Assembly (NCBI RefSeq): GCF_963676685.1
Contig: NC_092351.1
Coordinates: 88,288,001-88,352,000, forward strand
DNA length: 64,000 bases
Origin: Mytilus edulis
Lineage: Eukaryota
Direction: 5' to 3'
Positions 1-13,141 of this stretch are shown here, piece by piece. Made by a program: the position numbers and the translations under genes. The notes beneath the pieces are model-generated. The model saw only the letters and a program-made list of their open reading frames with translations, was not told the origin of the DNA and ran no database searches. Position 1 is the stretch's first letter; each line of letters begins with the position of its first letter.

Positions 1-5
1 CTCCA

Positions 6-266
6 TTGAGCTTGTGGACTTCAGGTCAACTTCAAAATGCCGTAGGAATTACTGAAGGAGAAGTATATTTGCAAGACTATGGAATTGAAGGCTATGTGGA
101 TCAAAATGATGTAGAAGAGGGCGAGAGACCAATATTTGGACCCCTTGCACACATGATAAGTGATCAATGCAGGCTGGATTTAACTCAACAATTGATAAGA
201 AGCAATACTAACTTTGGAATAGATTATTATCTTGAATTTTTGGAAGTCATTGAAAGAAATAACTAA
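6..266 (+). CDS. C-terminal part of an integrase-core (IS3EU-type DDE) transposase, 5' part outside window
   Basis: Peptide PLSLWTSGQL...DYGIEG...SNTNFGIDYYLEFL resembles the SPxQLW..G / YGID / GIDxY tail of eukaryotic IS3-like integrase-core proteins (recognised by eye). It lies upstream of an IS3EU-like terminus at 3818. Confidence 0.6.
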   Translation: MSLWTSGQLQNAVGITEGEVYLQDYGIEGYVDQNDVEEGERPIFGPLAHMISDQCRLDLTQQLIRSNTNFGIDYYLEFLEVIERNN

Positions 267-504
267 ACTGGTTATTAAAACTTATTTGTAATTTACTAAA
301 TTGCCTTCATATCTTGAACGTGAATGGATAACTGAATAACTTCTTTATATACTTAATCTTATAAAACCCCATGACTTTCAACAACTTTAAGCTTTAAAGT
401 GGTATATATATATTGGTTATATATAACTGTATCATTTTGTGTAGAGGTAGTACACGAACAACGTACAGATCTGTAGATCCTCTAACTATTTTAGTATTTA
501 TTAT

Positions 505-817
505 AAAATTGAGAATGGAAATGGGGAATATGTCAAAGAGACAACCCGACAATATAATAAAACAACAGCAGAAGGTCACCAACAGGTCTTCAATGTAGCG
601 AGAAATTCCCGCACCCGAAGGGGTCCTTCAGCTGGCCCCTAAACAAATGTATACTAGTTCAGTGATAATGAACGCCATACCAATTTCCAAATTGTACACA
701 AGAAACTAAAATAAAATAAAACAAGACTAACAAAGGCCAGAGGCTCCTGACTTGGGACAGGCGCAAAAATGCGGCGGGGTTAAACATGTTTGTGAGATCT
801 CAACCCTCCCCCTATAC
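505..817 (+). repeat. Interspersed repeat family A (AAAATTGAGAATGGAAATGGGGAA...GGCTCCTGACTTGGGACAGG)
   Basis: Related copies in this window at 36884-37222 (reverse), 11145-11470 (reverse), 48705-48805, 51620-51750 (reverse), 57100-57280. Confidence 0.75.
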
Positions 818-2289
818 CGAAGAAAAGTAAAAAACATTATAACCAATTTTTCTAACTTATAAGGACGCTGAGTTGGCAATTGAATTGTGCAAGTCTTTTT
901 GCTGCGCGTCTTTCGAGTCTTGATAGGAAGTCGAGTAGATTGAGGGGCAAGGTTAGTGTACCCATAAACATGGTTCAACCCCACCACTCTACCAAGTTTT
1001 GCCAGAGTGCCTGTATCAAGTCGGGAATTCTCTCTTCCTTCTGTACATTTTCCTTTTTGTGTTGTTGCTGTATGTCTCTATTTTGATGGCTTGGTTGGTG
1101 GTGTTGGTGCTGTTTGATGTTTTATATCGAATTATTCCCATTCCCTGTTTTATCTTTATTTTTTATATATAAAGGTTGGCTACATGCATGGTTCAGCTAA
1201 ATGAAATTCTTCGATAATGCTTTAAATGAAAACTTGTGTAACTGTGACTTTTACATGCATTAAAAGAATTAGATCGATAATGAACACATATTTAAATGTT
1301 TTTGTTTGAACTGAAAATCATTGTGTCCTGAATATTAAGTCATTGGTCTTACAATTTGCCAAATTAAAAAGTACTTCAACCAGAGACATATAATACTAGA
1401 GATAAGCAACTTTGTGAAATCTCGAGAAATATCGCAGCCACAAGTAGTTAAGTTTTCAGAAATATTCCTTAATTTTTCAAAACTTTAACAAGATATCTAA
1501 ATATATCACAGAAGTTGTAAAAGAAGTATCAAAATACTTTGTTATTTAGTAAGTTTCAAAATATTGTCATTATAATATGAAAACTTCATTTTGTCATAAA
1601 ATGTTCCAGACCGAAACCTCTTCAATTTTCTATTGTATAATATTCAGAGTTTTCCACTGTTTAAAAAAAAATGTACTTTTCAAAACTGTCCGAGGTACTA
1701 GCTATATATATGGTATGTAGCAGAATGTACATATTTTTACTATTAGACTTGGGTTAAAAGCATTTTTAATGTAATGAAATCAATGCTTATATTTGCGAAA
1801 ATGCTTTCAAGTGATTAAATTTGGCTATATAAGAGTATCAGCTATCTTGAACTTGAGCTAAATTTCATTTCAAGGCATCTTCTACAGTTCTCCCACTAAG
1901 AACAGTCTCCAACTTGTGTGGTGATGCTTATCTATTATAACGCAGATTATCTTAAGTCTATCAGTAAAATTTTAATGTTCTCAGTTTTTTTAGTAGTATC
2001 ACTGTTGAGCCTGAGGGCCAAATGCGAGAAATTTTCGAAGAGGGTCTGGAGGGCATCCCCCCCCCCCCCCAGATACCTTTTTAAAACTTAGAGTCATGGT
2101 ATGAAGACTTCATACACAGAAAATTCAAATTAAATAGATTTTTTTCTACTGAAATTCCTCCAGTCAGATTTACTAAAATAAATAAACTGTTATCATAGAG
2201 ATATGGCTCCTTTTTTTTTTCATATTTCATTAATAGCAATTGGTCCGTCCCTTTTTTCAAATAAACTCCACACTTCCGGTTAATCACGG

Positions 2290-3780
2290 GAACCACCATC
2301 GTATAATAGAAAAGCACCATCGTATAATAAAAAAGCACCTTATAATTAAAAAGCACCTTATAATAAAAAAGCACCTTATAATAAAAAAGCACCTTATAAT
2401 AGAAAATCACCATCTTATAATAGAAAAGCACCTTCGTATAATAGAAAACCACCATATTATAATAGAAAACCACCATCTTATAATAGAAAACCACCATCTT
2501 ATAATAGAAAACCAACTTCGTATAATAGAAAACCACCATCATAATATAATAGAAAAGCACCATCTTATAATAGAAAAGCACCTTCGTATAATAGAAAACC
2601 ACCATCTTATAATAGAAAACCACCATCTTATAATAGACAAGAGTGCACACGCTGAAATGTCTCGCCTTCTTTACTAATTATTGATATTATGTTGATAGTC
2701 CTAAGTATAAAGCTTATTAAAAACTCACATAAACTTAGAATTAACCAAGATAACTAAACAAAGACCAATGAACCATGAAAATGAGGTCAAGGTCAGATGA
2801 ACCATGCCAGGCAGACATGTACAGCTAACAATGATTCTATACAACAAATATAGTTGACCTATTACTTATAGTTTAAGAAAAATAGACCAAAACACAAAAA
2901 CTTAACACTGATCAATGAACCGTGAAAATGAGGTCGAGGTCAAATAAAACCTGCGGGACTGACATATAGATCATAAAATATTTCCATACACCAAATATAG
3001 TTGACCTATGGCATATAGTATTAGATAAAAAGACCAAAACTCAAAAACTTAACTTTGACCACTCAACCATGAAAATGAGGTCAAGGTCAGATGATATCTG
3101 CCCGCTAGACATGTACATCTTACAATCATTCCATACAACAAATATAGTAGATCTATTGCATAAAGTATGAGAAAAACAGACCAAAACACAAAAACTCAAC
3201 TATAACCACTGAACCATGAAAATGAGGTCAAGGTCAGATGACACCTGCCAGTTGGACATGTACACCTTACAGTCCTTCCATACACCGAATATACTAGACC
3301 TATTGCTTATAGTATCTGGGATATGGACTTGACCACCAAAACTTAACCTTGTTCACTGATCCATGAAATGAGGTCGAGGTCAAGTGAAAACTGTCTGACG
3401 GGCATGAGGACCTTGCAAGGTACGCACATACCAAATATAATTATCCTATTACTAATAATAAAAGAGAATTCAACATTACAAAAAATCTGAACTTTTTTTT
3501 CAAGTGGTCACTGAACCATGAAAATGAGGTCAAGGACATTTGACATGTGACTGACGGAAACTTCGTAACATGAGGCATCTATATACAAAGTATGAAGCAT
3601 CCAGGTCTTCCACCCTCTAAAATATAAAGCTTTTAAAAAGTTAGCTAACGCCGCCGCCGTAGCCGCCGCCGCCGCCGCCGGATCACTATCCCTATGTCGA
3701 GCTTTCTGCAACAAAAGTTGCAGGCTCGACAAAAACCACCATCTTATCATAGAAAACCACCATCTTATAATAAAAAAGCA
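2290..3780. repeat. Tandem array of 18-21-bp units (ATAATAGAAAACCACCATCTT and variants), interrupted by an insertion at 2638-3732
   Basis: Units read directly at 2290-2637 and resume at 3733-3780. Confidence 0.9.
2638..3732. mobile_element. Helentron-associated (HINE/DINE-like) non-autonomous element with internal core repeats
   Basis: Inserted in the A-run of one array unit. Core motif ACCATGAAAATGAGGTCAAGGTCA recurs about every 150 bp, (GCC)n microsatellite at 3650-3680, terminal hairpin TCGAGC..TGCAAC-AAAA-GTTGCA-GGCTCGAC. Decayed relative at 22679-23450. Confidence 0.7.
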
Positions 3781-4860
3781 ATAAAAAAAGACACATAAGA
3801 CAGCTATGGCGTTCCATATGAAAACATAGAAAAAGATATTATTAAGTTTAGTCAACAAGGTATAGTGCCTAACAAGATTTTGTGAGGTAGACGAAATTGA
3901 CTTTAAAACGATCGTATTGACTTTTGATGTCCAGAAATAGGCAGATCGAACATATTTTGACTTTATTTACTGACTTCTTAAGTTTGGGATTATTTGTAAT
4001 TAACACTTTCCAATGAGACTGAAAAATGCTTTTTTTTGTTATGATAAATAATTATTTTACCTGCCGTAGTCGTGCGTAAAATATATTTCGGCATTTCTCT
4101 TAAGAAATGACTTGTTTAATGGAACAAAACGTCTTATTTGTAAACTTTCTCTTTTATCTCCACAATAGGCTTTTAAAAAATAATCTTTCAACTGTGTATT
4201 CAGAAAATTTTGTGAAAATAGAAGAAGTGGCAATTCTTACCTTTCATACCTTAACTTTCATTGATAAAACATAATATTGACTCGTCCAGTGTCCAGTTTG
4301 AAGGTAATTTTAGTTACCGTACACATTCATGCACGTTCTAATTAATCAATAGTCATGTATGAAAGGCATAAACAAGTTTGAAGGTAAACTAATAACAACT
4401 TAATCCAATCAAATTGCCTACGATTCAATAACAATGACCAGTCCACATCATAAAAATGTATAGGGGTAAACTGGGTAGGGAGAAAATGTCAGATATTTTA
4501 AGTTCATTATTTTGCAACAACGAATAAAAATTTATTAACCAATAGATTTGCTATAATTTCATAAGCATGTCATTCTGTATTGGTATAGTTTTTGGATCTT
4601 TTATTTGCGTATTTAAGGCTGTAAAAAGCTTGGCCTTCAAAAGTCAACATAATCATTGACTTTATACAGAAAATTCGCCTTTTTAAAACATTGTATGTAT
4701 CACGAATAATACGCGACAACAAAGTAAAATCATTTCTTAAAACACTGCAAAAAAAAATCATTCTGATTGATACAGTGGTATTGTCATAAATTGCGCTGGA
4801 GTGAACAGTGGTACAGCAAACGTCGAATTCCCTCACACAATGTTATCACACACTTTTATA

Positions 4861-7109
4861 GTATTCTATTGTGTGGTGACTTAAATGCAAGGACAGGGTC
4901 AGAGCCAGATTTTATAGTTAATGATGTTAATGATACACATGAACCAATGTATGATAATTATAGTTGTGATGTTATTCAAGAAAAAAGATGTAGTTATGAT
5001 ATGAAAGTAGATTCAAGAGGTAAACAACTTCTGGACTTGTGTATTGCGTCCAAATTACGTATTTTAAATGGGAGAATGTGGGGCGATTCTTATGGTAAAT
5101 ACACTTGTATGAAGGCAGTGGGTAGTAGTGTGGTTGACTATGTTATCGTGTCAGAAGACTTGATTGCAGACACTTTATTTTTTCATGTTGCTGATTTTTT
5201 ATCAACTCTGTCAGACTGTCACTGTAAACTAACATTTGACCTGTTAGCTAGTTACTCACCTAAAACTAAGGAGCAAGACATTACTATTTTATTTCCAGGA
5301 AAATATATATGGTCAGAAACCTCTACACAAAAACTTCAAGATACTTTATGCCAGCCAAATATTAGAAACAGCATTAAAAAATATTTGGACTCAAAATTTA
5401 ATCTTTCAGAGGACTACAAATGTGTATTGAAGAAGCGGCTAATGAATGTTTTAATATAATAGATAACGCTGCCAGCAAATGTTTAATATTTCGTAAAACA
5501 AATTTAAAAGGTGTACGTAAACATAAAACAAAAAATGGTTTGACCTAGACCTAGTACAAACACGTAAAAGTCTTATTTCTAAAGGTAAGCTATTATCAAA
5601 ATTCCCTTGGGACCCAGTTATAAAAGAGTCTTACTATAAATGTTATAGAGAGTATAATAAGCTACGTAAATATAAAGAAAGGAAATTTAAACAAAACATT
5701 CTTGACAGTCTGGATAATTTAAGGGATAATAATCCAAAGAGTTATTGGAATCTCATTAAAGAATTAAAAGAAGACACTTCGGATGGTCCAGAAAATTCTA
5801 TTCAAAATAATATCTGGTTTTCATATTTTCAATCTTTAAATGTTAACTCTGACAAATTTAAAGACAGATTAGAGGAAATAAGTAAGAAAGTAAAAAATTT
5901 AGAAAAAAATCCAACGTTTTGTGAACTAGATTACAAAATAACCCTAAAAGAAATTTTGGATGCTATAAATAAACTAAAGAATAATAAAGCTGCAGGATTG
6001 GATGGTATTCCAAATGAGATATTAAAATCAGGGGGAAGTATATTTGCACCTGTTTTGCAGAAACTTTTTAATTTAGTATTCTGCTCTGGAACATACCCTC
6101 GCAAATGGTCATTATCTTATTTATGTCCAATTTTTAAAGCAGGGAGTCCTAGTAAACCTGAAAATTACAGAGGCATAGCAATAAATTCATGCATTGGAAA
6201 ATTATTTAACAGTATTCTTAATAAAAGACTTGACATTCATCTTGATAAAAATATTATAATTCATCCATGTCAGATTGGTTTTTCAAAAAATAGTAGAATA
6301 ACTGATCATATGTTTGTTTTAAAAACCATATTAGACAAATATACTAACAAAAAAGGGGGGGAACTTATGCTTGCTTTGTGGACTTTAAAAAGGCTTTCGA
6401 CAGGGTCATACACTGTGGTATTAAATATAAATTATTGGAAAACAACATATCTGGAAAATTTTATACTATTTTAAAAGATATGTACAGCAAGAATGAAATG
6501 TCTGTGAAAGTGGGCAATGTATTAACACCATCTTTCAGCTCGCTAGTTGGGGTAAGACAAGGGGATGTTCTAAGTCCAAACTTATTTAAGCTTTTCATTA
6601 ACGATCTGCCTCCAAAATTTGAGCCAAGTCCAGATGCTGTTGATATCAATGGGCGTAGTATTGATTGTCTTATGTACGCTGATGACATTATTGTATTATC
6701 AAACACTAAAAAAGGTCTTCAAAACCGACTTGATATATTGCATACTTATTGTATTGACTGGTGTCTAGATGTAAATTTGTCCAAAACAAAAGTTTTAATT
6801 TTTAACAAGCCTGGAAAATTTTTGAAGGAATCATTTTATTTAGATAAAGAGGCTTTAGAATGTGTTAATAAATGTAAATATCTAGGGATAGTCTTTACCT
6901 CTAGTGGTCTTTTTCAACAGGGGAAAGAAGAGCTATTCAAAAAATCCTTAAAGGCAAAATTCAAATTAAAAAAAATCCATGTCAGCTTGTAATCCAAGTA
7001 TTGATACTGCAATTCATTTATATGATCACACAATAAAACCAATTTTATTATATTGTAGTGAAATTTGGGGTTCATTTAAAATTAACTCTGCTGCTTGCAA
7101 GAAAAATAG
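4861..7109 (+). mobile_element. Non-LTR retrotransposon (LINE, RTEX-like) ORF2, 5' segment: APE endonuclease + reverse transcriptase, frameshifted, 5'-truncated
   Basis: APE motifs CGDLNAR, LRILNG, SVVDYVIVS, SDCHC (ORF 4767-5459). RT motifs KAAGLDGI, PENYRGIA, QIGF, DFKKAFD, GVRQGDVLSP, YADD, KYLG (5956-6992). Interrupted at 7109. Confidence 0.9.
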
Positions 7110-7790
7110 TACGGAAGCCGTAAGGGGACACACAAAACATTAGAAAATATTTTTTTTAATTCGAGATCACGATAAAACATTACCGTTTTACCGAGATCTC
7201 GATAAAAAATATATCGTTATCTCGATAAAACGAAATTGTTATATCGAGATCTCGATAAAAAAATATATCGTTATCTCGATAAAACGAAACTGTTATATCG
7301 AGATCTCGGATTATTAAATCGTTATCTCGGTTTAATATATCGAGATCTCGATAAAAAAGTATATCGTTATCTCGAGAAAACGAAACTGTTATATCGAGAT
7401 CTCGGATTATTATATCGTTATCTCGAGAAACCGAAACTTTAATATATCGTTATCTCGAGAAAACGAAAGTTTAATATATCGTTATCTCGAGAAAACGAAA
7501 CTGTTATATCGAGATCTCGGATTATTAAATCGTTATCTCGGTTTAATATATCGAGATCTCGATAAAAAATATATCGCAATCTCGAGAAAACGAAACTGTT
7601 TTATCGAGATCTCGGATTATTATATCGTTATCTCGAGAAAACGAAACTGTTATATCGAGATCTCGGATTGTTATATCGTTATCTCGGATTATTTAATTGC
7701 TTCTTATCACGTGTCAACTTATTACACAATGGTGACAGTCAACACGGCGGAAAGAGTAAGTATGATTTGTGTGTTTTAAAGCTTGTTTTA
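7110..7790 (+). repeat. Left terminal inverted repeat with CpG-rich subrepeats (TATCGAGATCTCG, TATCGTTATCTCG, AAAACGAAAC)
   Basis: First ~350 bp is nearly the exact reverse complement of 34380-34730. Looser homology continues to ~7790. Confidence 0.92.
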
Positions 7791-9719
7791 TACATGATGT
7801 TATGGTGATGTGTCACTATTATAGGTGCATTTAGCTGGGAATATATGATATGCGTAAGAAATCTGTATGGCAATATCTGAATAAATCAATTGAACAAATT
7901 CGTCAATTAGTGAATGTTTACAGTATAAACAAAACATGGTAAAGTTCTCTTAGAAATCATACTGTAAACACTGAAGAACACGATCATTTCCGTCAGGAAG
8001 GTAGAAAAAGGGACAGTACTTCTTGATGGGTTGATAAATCAGCGTCCAAACTTTATAGAGGAGGTACATTTTTATGTTTTGATTGTGTTTGTTCATCCTT
8101 TAGAAGAAATATTGATATCTGTTTAATGTGCCATTGACCGTCATATGAACGATCTAGGCTCATAATCTAAGATTTGCTGTAGCGGCCATGTTTTTAATTG
8201 GACCAAAACAAAGGTAGGATTGTTGGTAACATTCCTGCATAGTTTCGTCAAAATCCGTCAAGTGGTTTCAGAGAAGAAGGTGAAAATGTAAAAGTTTACG
8301 ACGGATGACGGACGCAACGTGATGGTAAAAGCTCACACTGACTTTCAGTTAGGTGAGCTAAAAAGGATTATATTTTCATCCCAATTTTTATCAATTATGT
8401 GTATAGTAATCCTTTGGGTAAACATTTTATCAATTCAATGAGATATGAGGAACTCTTTCTTTTGAATTCTATAGTCGGATAATCGGAAGATCTGCTATAT
8501 GTATGTAGACAAAAAGACAAAAATTACAACAAAGTTCCAAAGTCATAACATTTGTATATACTAGAACACACCCGTGATATCACGGGTCCGTGACTGAATT
8601 AAAGTATATAACTATGCGTAAGCCTTATTTTAGTACTAGTATTGTCATCTGATAAAGTCATGCCGATTATAAGTTTCACAGTTTTCTCTGCTTTCAAAAT
8701 CTTTCTGTTTGAACCCGTCGACCTGGATTTTATCAGTTATTTGTAATATTGGAGTATTTTTTAATAACAGCATTGTCCTATATAGGCGAGTGTAATATTT
8801 GAAAAAGACGTCTAGTTAAGGACTTTAATGCACCCACCTAACACACGGCTAATTTCTTTTTTAAATGAAGGAATAATGATTTAACTTTGATTTTTGCCCG
8901 GTCGTCACAAAATCGTACGGTGCAGTTTTTGTAAAATTGACGTTTATTTCGGAAATTAGTTGAAAATTATAAAACTACGACATGTTTTTCAAGCAAAGGA
9001 AATTAGTCGTATCTCTTCTTTTAGACAGAATAATTAAGTGAATTAGATTCTTAGAATAATGAAAAACATTATTTACAAATGCAAATCCGCATGCTTTTGC
9101 ATTCCTTCTAAATATTTGACATTTTGTACGAAAATTTTCATAATCCTGACCTTTTCGGATCTACAATTAAATTTTTATTAAATAATTTTGCACTCTATCC
9201 GTTTTAGAACACACCAAATTACTCATCAGTTATCGTTTTTTCATTCAAGATCAAGACTTTATCTCAACATTTCTTAAAATCACGAGTTTCTGTAATTTTA
9301 TGATGTTGGGTAAAATCACTATAGTTTCCGGAATCCCTTATCTATTTCGTTATCGTTTTTTTACTGAATATATTAGTCGATTTCCGTGTACTTAATAGTG
9401 CTATTAGAGTACTATAAATCATATTTAAACGGTTCTATTTCTATCTTTAACATCAGTGTAGCTTAAATAGATATGAAATCGTCCGAAATTAAGATCAAAT
9501 TTAAGTAAAACATAATTTTTGAGTTCTGTAGAATTACCCCTTTCTAAAAAAGGAATCGTATCGGAAAATTGTAGAAAATCTTCCGAGTCGTGTCAAACTT
9601 TTCACAGTCCAGTGCACAATGAAACCATTTCTATGCTAAAAAGCAAAAACTATCCATTGATTGACATAGATATGCATAGTCTGTCATGTATTTACCACAT
9701 CGAAACTATGTAGTTAAAC

Positions 9720-10850
9720 ACTTAAATGATTGCCGCTGTGGGAAAACTAAAAGATGAAGTTTACAGAAGACTGGTCGATGAATATGAAAAAAAATTAAAA
9801 CATCCCATTTGAAAATACAAAATATCATAAGATTTGCTATAAATATTTTAAAAGTAAGCACAACCTATCATCTTCTGTTTTGTCCGCTGTACAAAGATTT
9901 TGTGCTTCATGTACCAATTCTGCCGACCAGTCTCTTCACATATATCAACGAGGGCAGTAGATCTATAACTCATTCTGATTTGTCTGTTTGTATATTTTGC
10001 AAATTTATAAAGCCTATAAGCAAGGTACACAACTTTATAAGGTATCCTTTGAGGAGCAAACTCAAGCTGTATTGAGTGTTACTACATATATCTCCTACAA
10101 TGATCTGATTTACAAAATAACTCATGATAATTTTACTATTAAATCTTTATACCATCGAGCTTGCATCGCTAAATATTTGTTACAAAATTTGAAATCAGAA
10201 AGTAAAGAGCTATTTAATTCTGAACATAAAACAGCTTTTACTAACATTTCGACGATTAAAGATGACGTGCCTGTACACAAGGAAGTATTCTGGTTAACAA
10301 CTTTAATTACTTGGTCAGTTAACCGGGCTTAATAAATTTCTGCCCCAGAATAGCCGACGAGAAAACTACAGAACATATTATCAGCTTCAACAAAAACTAA
10401 AAATATATGGTCAATTTATAGTTACATATATACAGCATCAACGAGGCCAAGGTACATCCAATATTGTATACAGTAGCTCTATAATTTTGTCTTATGCCGT
10501 AATGACGGAAAATTACTCGTTTAAAATGACAGTTATATATACAGTCTGTCAAATTCAAAGATCTGAGCAGTGACTGCGAAACTGGTTGCAAGCACTTTAT
10601 ACAGCTACTAGTATTTTACGGAAGCATATATGGGGTAAAGTTGTAATCCAATCAGATGAATATCCATTATCTAAAAACATTTCACTGGATTATTCAATTA
10701 AAATTATGCCACCTGCTTTAAAAACATTTCTGTATTGTCTTTTGGATGATGGCGCATCTGCCGCAGTTAATAAAGCGTACGATATTCCTATTGACAAAGT
10801 TCTTAGATGTATGGCGTTAGTAGAATGTATGTATATCTATAAATATTTTT
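9720..10850 (+). pseudogene. Decayed N-terminal part of an Academ-like transposase
   Basis: Fragments KYHKICYKYF, CIFCK, LYHRACIAKYLL, ATSILRKHI..MPPALKTFL across frames, with stops and frameshifts. YHxxC motifs recalled from Academ proteins. Confidence 0.6.
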
Positions 10851-13141
10851 TTTTACTCTTTTTCATTTAGGTTTATTATTACAAATGCACCGTATTTATG
10901 GACACACCTTTGATAACTATTAACAAGTTTGACTGCTCAAGAGATTAGAAAAATTGAAAATGGGGCATACATTCTACGTGGCATTATTTTTCTTCTGGGG
11001 GTCAACATTTTATCCAAGACAAGTCGACCTAACTACAGAAACAATAAAAGTTCTCCGTATGACTTTGGTTTGGTAAAAGGCAACATCGGTCCGGTATGAT
11101 GTCATCCAAATTGCTACAAGATTTGATCTGTTCACGCATTGGTATAGGTATAGGGGGAGGGTTGAGATCTCCAAAAACATGTTTAACCCCGGCGCAATTT
11201 TACGCCTGTCCCAAATCAGGAGCCTCTGGCCTTTCTTAGTTTTGTGTGATTTTTTATTATTATTTCTTGAGTATATTTCGAAGCTTAGTATGACGTCCAT
11301 TATCATTTCAAACTAGTACATTTTTGTTTATGGGCCAGCTGAAGAACGCCTCCGGGTTTGGGAGTTTCTTGCTGCATTGATGACCCATTGGTGATCTTCG
11401 GCCGTTGCCTGCTTTTTGAACGGGTTGGTGTCTCTTTGACAAATCCCTCATGTCCATTCCCAATTTTTAATTCAATCTGTATATAGTAGATCTTGTGTCC
11501 GCTTTGAGCAAAACCTCTGCTGTACTGATATATGCCCATGCCAAGGAAGTTGTCTTTGTATGGATATGTTGACCGATAAGAATGGTGAGATTACAAGTTA
11601 AAATGAAGCTATAATATTCCGATATCGCAAGATTTCGACACCTAAATGGTCCAACATCCCATTGGTCCGACGTTTCGATCATTTAGGTTATACTCTAACG
11701 GAATTTTAACATAAGAAAGCCAAATAAAAGGTTCAATATTAGGATAACCGTGTCCTCCGTTTGAAACGGTGAAACAATATATAAAAAATTAATACTTAGT
11801 GCCAAAGAAGCCGAACGTCATCACTAGCGTAATTCAAAATAAGTACAAACTACTTTGTCAAGTGTTGTTTGATTAGTTAGATATCTCAAGATACACGGCG
11901 GCCGACTAAAGTAAAATCAAACTTAGTTTGATGTACAATGAGTGATCATATTTTCCTTGTGATGTTTTATATTAAAATTGTCACAATTTTGTTGATATAA
12001 ATATACTAGTAGCACTTTACTCATTTTAGTAATGTTAGTTAGACTACTCTTATCATATCTGATTAAGTGATGTAAATGAAATTGCGATATGATCCAGACT
12101 CAACATATTGCACTACAATAATAAAATAATTCTGCCCTATGGTTGTCTGATCTTGAAGCGGTTGACAGGCTTTCAAATTAACAGGAGACCATACACTTCC
12201 TCAATTTTAATGTACAGCTCATCATGGGACTTTTCTAAACAATTCAAAATACGTCATATGTTATATTTCCCCCTTGCTTCAAATATTTTGTTTCGGATTA
12301 CTTTATATCAAATTTGCAGATATGTGTTTGTAAATACGTGCAATCAAATGATATGGAGGTATTATAAGATTTAGATAATGCAAGGGCGACTACATATACA
12401 TTTGTGTGACTTAATGGTTGATTTTCAAATATTCCGAGAGAAAACGTTACGTAACATGCGTTACCGTTAAAATCAACCAAAATTAATAAGATTTATTCCT
12501 ATGAAGAATAAATCCGGTTATCGGAGGAAAGTGGGCTTACGTTTTGGGAGTTGTCCCGCTTTGAACACGTGGTGGAACTTGTTATGTATTATGAGTCACG
12601 TTAATTATTTTAACCTTGATAACTGTGACGTCATCATTCTTTCTTTACCACGTACGATACAGCAGAGGGAAGACGCAAAAAATTGGGTTCTGTATGAATT
12701 AACTAATGTTTGTTTTATGATGACTCCAGAACTTAGGAATGAAGTTGTTCAGATTGTCAATGGCAATGCCCTTATTCACTCTCCAGCTACTGTTAGTGTT
12801 ACATCTCCTGACTCAGTCAATGAAAGGCAACAATCGAATACAGGTATAACACAAAGTTCTAATATTTGCCAATAACTAGTGCAAATGGTAATCTATGTTT
12901 AAATGTTTCACAAATCTCGGAACAAAATAATTAATGGTGAATATGTAGATTTAGGTATATATTGCTTTAATACAAATTCAGGCACAGAACAGTAGATACA
13001 AATGGACAGCTGATTATCCAAACTAAACTAAGTAAAAAGATTACTGATATTAACACATGGATAGATGCTTTCCTTATTTACATAAGTATTTATGTTGGTG
13101 TACATTTAGAAGATGCACCTAACTTAACCGAATACATACAT

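Larger units (their letters stand above)
1..3818 (+). mobile_element. Right part of an IS3EU-like DNA transposon (left end outside window)
   Basis: Transposase tail at 6-266, subterminal 18-21-bp repeat array at 2290-3780, and terminus TATGG-CGTT-CCATA (3805-3818), ending in RTA with the same hairpin design as the 7110-34730 element. Confidence 0.6.

Noticed and set aside
1380-1985. Possible decayed second gene of the left IS3EU-like element on the minus strand
   Set aside because: Only short stop-ridden peptides with no recognisable HECT or other motif.
2081-2677. Overlapping ORFs of 189 aa (minus) and 145 aa (plus)
   Set aside because: They are translations of the 18/21-bp tandem array. 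Unit lengths divisible by 3 keep the frames open.
7236-7442. 68-aa repetitive ORF
   Set aside because: Translation of TIR subrepeats.
7924-8063. Possible extra exon of the integrase gene (AG at 7922-7923, GT at 8064)
   Set aside because: The frame needed to join 18852 contains stops, and the 140-nt length breaks phase with exon 7729-7755. Cannot be supported without transcripts.
12501-12875. Duplicated small gene (also 17045-17395, and 16685-17009 / 17623-17947)
   Set aside because: These ORFs fall in the split direct repeats of the retroelement and show no protein motifs.
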